From the NCBI RefSeq assembly GCF_000018785.1, contig NC_010163.1, positions 1,410,001 through 1,442,000 of the forward strand: a stretch of DNA of 32,000 nt, read 5' to 3'. Of this stretch, positions 28,097 to 32,000 are shown piece after piece; positions within the stretch are counted from its first letter, which is position 1, and every line of letters begins with the position of its first letter. The DNA is from Acholeplasma laidlawii PG-8A (GTDB taxonomy: Bacteria; Bacillota_I; Bacilli_A; Acholeplasmatales; Acholeplasmataceae). The translations under genes and the position numbers were made by a program. The notes below the pieces were generated by a model that saw nothing but the letters and a program-made list of their open reading frames with translations, had not been told where the DNA came from and made no database searches.

Positions 28097-29085
28097 TAAT
28101 ATTTTTTAAATGTTGGTTTTAATTCTATTACTGTATCTACAGGGTGATTATTTATGATATTCAATAGAAGTTCTACTGATTTCTTGCCAAGATCGGAAAT
28201 ATTCTGTTCAATGGATGGTAATTCCAATCCAAGCATTCTTGAAAACTCCAAATTATCATATCCTACGACTTCAATATCATTAGGTACATTTTTCCCCAGT
28301 TCTCTTAGCCTTTTAATCACACCATAAGCCATTAAGTCATTTCCTGCAAAAAGAGCATCACAATTTTCTAATATCAGTTTATCTGCAATCTCATAACCAC
28401 TTTGAAATCTATAATCACCAGAAAATACAATAGATTGGTCAATGTTATATCCTGCTTGTTCTAATGCTTTAACATAACCTTCATAACGATAAAGTCCATT
28501 TACCGAGATATCCTTAGTCGATAAACACGCTATTTTTTTATAACCTTTTTCAATTAAATATTGAGTTGCCATGTACCCACCTAACTTATTATCAAAAAAT
28601 ACTTGTGGATGATTTGGATTACCTATGTTTCTATCTACCATAACAAATGGTGTGTTCAGTCTTTTTAATAATGATTCATATGAGGATTTGTGTTTAATAC
28701 TATCGTTTGCTACTGTTAATAATAACCCATCTACTCCTCTATTTACTAAGTTTTTCAGAAGAGATAAATCTTGCTTATAGTCATCATTGCTATTAACAAA
28801 AATCAGACTATACCCTTCTTGTCTGAGTTCATCTTCTACTTTTTTAGCTAATGCACTAAAGAATAAGTTTTCTATATCAGGAATTAATAACCCAATGGTT
28901 TTAGATTGCTTCATCACTAAGTTTATAGCACTAAAATTCGGTTCATAATCATGCAATTGTGCTAACTCTTTTATTTCTGATTTTTTTGATTCGGAAATTC
29001 TAGAAGGTTTATTGTTTAATACTAAAGAAACCGTCGTAGCTGATACATTGGCTAGTTTTGCAAGTTTTTTGATCGACATTTTCAT
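28096..29085 (-). CDS. LacI/RbsR-type transcriptional regulator
   Basis: SIKKLAKLANVSATTVSLVLNNKPSRIS (HTH), TIGLLIPDIENLFFSALAKKVEDELR, VEVVGYDNLEF-type region (NDIEVVGYDNLEFS). Confidence 0.94.
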   Translation of the reverse strand: MKMSIKKLAKLANVSATTVSLVLNNKPSRISESKKSEIKELAQLHDYEPNFSAINLVMKQSKTIGLLIPDIENLFFSALAKKVEDELRQEGYSLIFVNSNDDYKQDLSLLKNLVNRGVDGLLLTVANDSIKHKSSYESLLKRLNTPFVMVDRNIGNPNHPQVFFDNKLGGYMATQYLIEKGYKKIACLSTKDISVNGLYRYEGYVKALEQAGYNIDQSIVFSGDYRFQSGYEIADKLILENCDALFAGNDLMAYGVIKRLRELGKNVPNDIEVVGYDNLEFSRMLGLELPSIEQNISDLGKKSVELLLNIINNHPVDTVIELKPTFKKY

Positions 29086-29213
29086 TAAGATTCCCTCCTA
29101 TTTATATCCTACAACAAAGTAACACTTTAATCAAATTGTTTTACATATTTAATAAAATAAAGCATTTTAAGCACATCATATATAAGTTATAATCTTATTT
29201 TTATAATATCAAA

Positions 29214-29243
29214 AAATGTCGCTTCCGTAGAAACGACATTTTA
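29214..29243 (-). terminator. Terminator downstream of the NCS2 permease
   Basis: Minus RNA forms a 13-bp stem AAAAUGUCGUUUC/GAAGCGACAUUUU with a 4-nt loop; the plus strand has a C-A mismatch. Confidence 0.65.
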
Positions 29244-29272
29244 TATTTATATCTATATGAATATTGTCTATA

Positions 29273-30697
29273 CTATGCTTTAGGTTGATCTTTTGATTTT
29301 GCTTTCTTATCTAATAAATTTAAGCCTATATTTAGTAGGATACCACCTAACGCTGCAACACCAATACCTGGTAAGACAAAGCTTGATGTTACAGGTATAG
29401 AGTCCACACCTAGACCTACAATACCAATAAATGCCATAACTGCAACAACTTTTGAATCAAAGATATCTACCTTCTTTTCAATCATTAATGCAATGCCTTG
29501 AACTGCGATTGCCCCAAATAAGTAAAGTGATACACCTTGAACCACAGGATTTGTTAGTATTAAACTCAAATTACCCAAATTTAACACCTCTAGTAATAGA
29601 CCCACTATGATTGCTAGAATACCAGTTATTAAGAACACATAACTTGAAAAGTTTTTAGTGACTGCGGATGCACTGACGTTTTCACCATAATTGGTTCCAG
29701 CAGGTCCACCACTTAATACAGCTACAATATCACCAATACCATCACCAATAAGATTTGTATCAAGCATCTCTCTAATCTTGTAATCTTTACCATCTTTTTG
29801 GTTTGATAAGTTATTCACATATAAATCTATTTGATTTACGTGCGCTGCAGATTCAGGGATGGTTGCAAATGCAATTGGGAAGATTGCAATAAGCGCTACA
29901 CCAATGAGTTCTGGTAATTGAAATGCTGCTGGAATTGTAACCCATGGCATGACATCTAACATGGATACTGTTTGAGTATTCATGATTCCGTCAAAATATA
30001 CTGATAAGTTATTAAATGACCAGCTACCACCTAAACTTGGTACCCAAACCATGTAAGAAACTACAACACCTACAAGAACACCAATTAAGATTGGGATTTG
30101 TGATACAAATCCTTTCTTTAATATAACTGTCATGATAGCAATTGTTAAGAATGTTACCATAGATACTAATACACTTAACCAATCCACACCATTTGGTCCT
30201 GTATTTAATATACCATTCATAACGTTTTCTGATAAGACAAGGCCGATGATCATAGCAATCATACCTGTGATATGACCAGGTAAAATCTTATCAATCTTGT
30301 CTTTGCCAAAATGCCTAATTAAAAGGCCCGCTCCAATTGACATTAATCCGCTCAAGACGGAAGCAATTAAAACAGACCCTAAAACTGTAGATGATGAAGC
30401 TAGATTGTCAACACCATATGTTACGACAATAGCAACAGCTCCAATATATGAAAATGATGAACCATAATATAATGGGATTTTAAAATTTGTTACCAATAGG
30501 AAGGTAATTGTAGCAATCCCGCTTGCTAATATTGCTGCTGGTATGGAATAGAGTTCTAATCCAAAACCATTCATTATGATTGCCGCTAATACGGTTGCTG
30601 GTAACATAACCAGAAACTGCTGTAGGGCAAATACAATTGATTTACCTAATGTTGGTTTATCATCAGGTAAGTATCCAACGATGTCTCTTTCTTTCAT
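29273..30697 (-). CDS. NCS2 family nucleobase permease (uracil/xanthine permease-like)
   Basis: IVFALQQFLVMLPATVLAAIIMN, IPLYYGSSFSYIGA, GLVLSENVMNG, AVLSGGPAGTNYGENVSASAVTKNFSS. Confidence 0.88.
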   Translation of the reverse strand: MKERDIVGYLPDDKPTLGKSIVFALQQFLVMLPATVLAAIIMNGFGLELYSIPAAILASGIATITFLLVTNFKIPLYYGSSFSYIGAVAIVVTYGVDNLASSSTVLGSVLIASVLSGLMSIGAGLLIRHFGKDKIDKILPGHITGMIAMIIGLVLSENVMNGILNTGPNGVDWLSVLVSMVTFLTIAIMTVILKKGFVSQIPILIGVLVGVVVSYMVWVPSLGGSWSFNNLSVYFDGIMNTQTVSMLDVMPWVTIPAAFQLPELIGVALIAIFPIAFATIPESAAHVNQIDLYVNNLSNQKDGKDYKIREMLDTNLIGDGIGDIVAVLSGGPAGTNYGENVSASAVTKNFSSYVFLITGILAIIVGLLLEVLNLGNLSLILTNPVVQGVSLYLFGAIAVQGIALMIEKKVDIFDSKVVAVMAFIGIVGLGVDSIPVTSSFVLPGIGVAALGGILLNIGLNLLDKKAKSKDQPKA

Positions 30698-30734
30698 ATG
30701 TATCTTCTCCTTTGTTTAAAATGTAATTTTTCCT

Positions 30735-30761
30735 AAAAAAAAGACACTTTATCAAGTGCCT
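30735..30761 (-). terminator. Intrinsic terminator inside the 5' leader of the NCS2 permease (attenuator)
   Basis: Minus strand AGGCACTT-GATA-AAGTGTC followed by TTTTTTTT, upstream of the permease SD and ATG. Confidence 0.8.
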
Positions 30762-30817
30762 AATTAGAAGGTGTGTTCTGTTTCGACCTTAAAGTGCTCT
30801 CTTTAGGACTTACATTT
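30762..30817 (-). promoter_or_regulatory. Unassigned candidate cis-regulatory leader RNA
   Basis: Region between a good promoter and the leader terminator. It contains mutually exclusive pairings with the terminator arms (see findings). Confidence 0.5.
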
Positions 30818-30823
30818 CATCCA

Positions 30824-30852
30824 AGTATATCAAAGCTTAAAACCAAATGCAA
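30824..30852 (-). promoter_or_regulatory. Sigma-A promoter for the NCS2 permease leader
   Basis: Minus strand TTGCAT - 17 nt - TATACT. Confidence 0.65.
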
Positions 30853-30898
30853 GTAATTTAATCAAAAGAAATATTTAATTTTAAAATAGAGGATATTT

Positions 30899-31918
30899 TT
30901 ATGACTCAGTTATCTCAATAACGTTACCATGTGTGCTCATTACATCATCAAAATACATTTCTAAGTTTTCCATATACTCTGCTCTATTGGTTGTACGTGC
31001 TAATTTTGCACGTACTTGACTAGCCTTTGGTAAGCCTTTTAAATACCAAGGACCATGTGAACGCATTTCTAAACATGCGGTATGTTCACCTTTGAGTTTT
31101 GCTAGATCATCAAAATGTCTAATCATTAAAGTTTTAACTTCTTCATATGTACGCACAGGTGTTTCTTCACCATTTAAATATGCATTAATTTCTCTAAATA
31201 TCCATGGGTTACCAAGAGATGCTCTACCAATCATCACGGCGTCACAACCTGTATACTCTAACATATGCTTAGCACTTTTACCATCCACAATATTCCCATT
31301 ACCAATAACTGGAATAGATACTGCTTCTTTAACCGCTTTAATAACATCTAAATCAGGTTCACCTGAATAACCTTGTGCACGCGTACGTGCGTGTACAGTA
31401 ATTAATGATGCGCCTGCTTTTTCAATCATTTTAGCAACCTCAACAGCATTAACAGATTCACTATCCCAACCACTTCTGATTTTTACAGTGACAGGTTTAG
31501 ATACTTTTTCTTTAATAGCTTTTACAATATCATATATTTTTTGAGGATCTTTCATTAAAGATGCACCTGCTTGAGCACCAATTGCTACCTTTGGTACAGG
31601 GCATCCCATATTAATATCAATAAAATCACAATTCGAATTTTTATCAATAAACATGGCTGCCTCAACCATTGTTTCTAAATCACTACCAAAGATTTGTTGA
31701 GCTGCTGGTTTTTCTTCAACCGTCATATAAAGCATTTGAAGTGTTTTAGGATTTTGAAAAAAGATAGCCTTATCAGATACCATCTCTGCAAAAACAACCC
31801 CTGCACCTAATTGACGCGCCATTAATCTAAAAGGATGGTTAGATACTCCAGCCATAGGCGCTAAGATTAATTTGTTTTCTACAACATAATTTCCCAATTT
31901 GAAACTCATATTTATCAC
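30899..31918 (-). CDS. dusB: tRNA-dihydrouridine synthase (DusB-like)
   Basis: LILAPMAGVSNHPFRLMARQLGAG, FIDINMGCPVPKV, VTVKIRSGWD, ITVHARTRAQGYSG, VIGNGNI, MIGRASLGNPWIF. Confidence 0.94.
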   Translation of the reverse strand: MINMSFKLGNYVVENKLILAPMAGVSNHPFRLMARQLGAGVVFAEMVSDKAIFFQNPKTLQMLYMTVEEKPAAQQIFGSDLETMVEAAMFIDKNSNCDFIDINMGCPVPKVAIGAQAGASLMKDPQKIYDIVKAIKEKVSKPVTVKIRSGWDSESVNAVEVAKMIEKAGASLITVHARTRAQGYSGEPDLDVIKAVKEAVSIPVIGNGNIVDGKSAKHMLEYTGCDAVMIGRASLGNPWIFREINAYLNGEETPVRTYEEVKTLMIRHFDDLAKLKGEHTACLEMRSHGPWYLKGLPKASQVRAKLARTTNRAEYMENLEMYFDDVMSTHGNVIEITES

Positions 31919-31972
31919 CGAGTGTTATTTTAACATACAATATAGGTTATAATAGGATTTGAGGATTATTAT

Positions 31973-32000
31973 ATGAAAGATTACACATTAATTGCATTAG
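31973..32000 (+). CDS. Start of an unidentified plus-strand gene, truncated by window edge
   Basis: TATAAT at 31948-31953, then TTGAGG and ATG AAA GAT TAC ACA TTA ATT GCA (MKDYTLIA...). Confidence 0.35.

Noticed and set aside
31092-31370. 92-aa plus-strand ORF
   Set aside because: Antisense within dusB; no independent evidence.
1-32000. Defence island, prophage or integrative element
   Set aside because: No integrase, transposase, restriction-modification, toxin-antitoxin or phage structural genes seen; gene content is chromosomal housekeeping and metabolic.

Overview
This 32 kb window is a low-GC bacterial chromosome segment that is mostly housekeeping. Many ORFs end at in-frame TGA, so UGA is a stop. 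Gene content and codon bias suggest an Acholeplasma-like or related Mollicutes/Bacillota genome; this is inference. The minus strand carries: a partial UvrD-family helicase; a 1307-aa lipoprotein with InlB-type repeats, near-identical 116-aa tandem repeats and an M6-like HExxHxxGxxD metalloprotease domain; PcrA/UvrD; GlnRS; a large membrane-anchored protein of unknown function; an overlapping tsaD-rimI-tsaB-tsaE-pgi-S1-domain block; DegV, YuiD/PAP2-like, NifU-like, YutD-like and 5-FTHF cyclo-ligase genes; a PAS/degenerate-GGDEF membrane protein; an unlisted 56-aa membrane sORF; and diadenylate cyclase cdaA. The plus strand carries an hxlR-type regulator, hflX, and a guanine-class purine riboswitch with terminator in front of an NCS2/AzgA-type purine permease. 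These are followed on the minus strand by a nucleoside-salvage operon (GNAT, ribokinase, nucleoside hydrolase, DcuC-family transporter split by one in-frame TAA). A LacI-type regulator sits beside it, and the operon has a clean promoter and a 16-bp operator. Last come a second NCS2 permease with an unassigned attenuator-like leader, and a dus gene. I see no CRISPR, phage or canonical defence system. The best leads are the cdaA-sORF-degenerate GGDEF cassette, the uncharacterised permease leader, the repeat protein, and the interrupted transporter with its operator.
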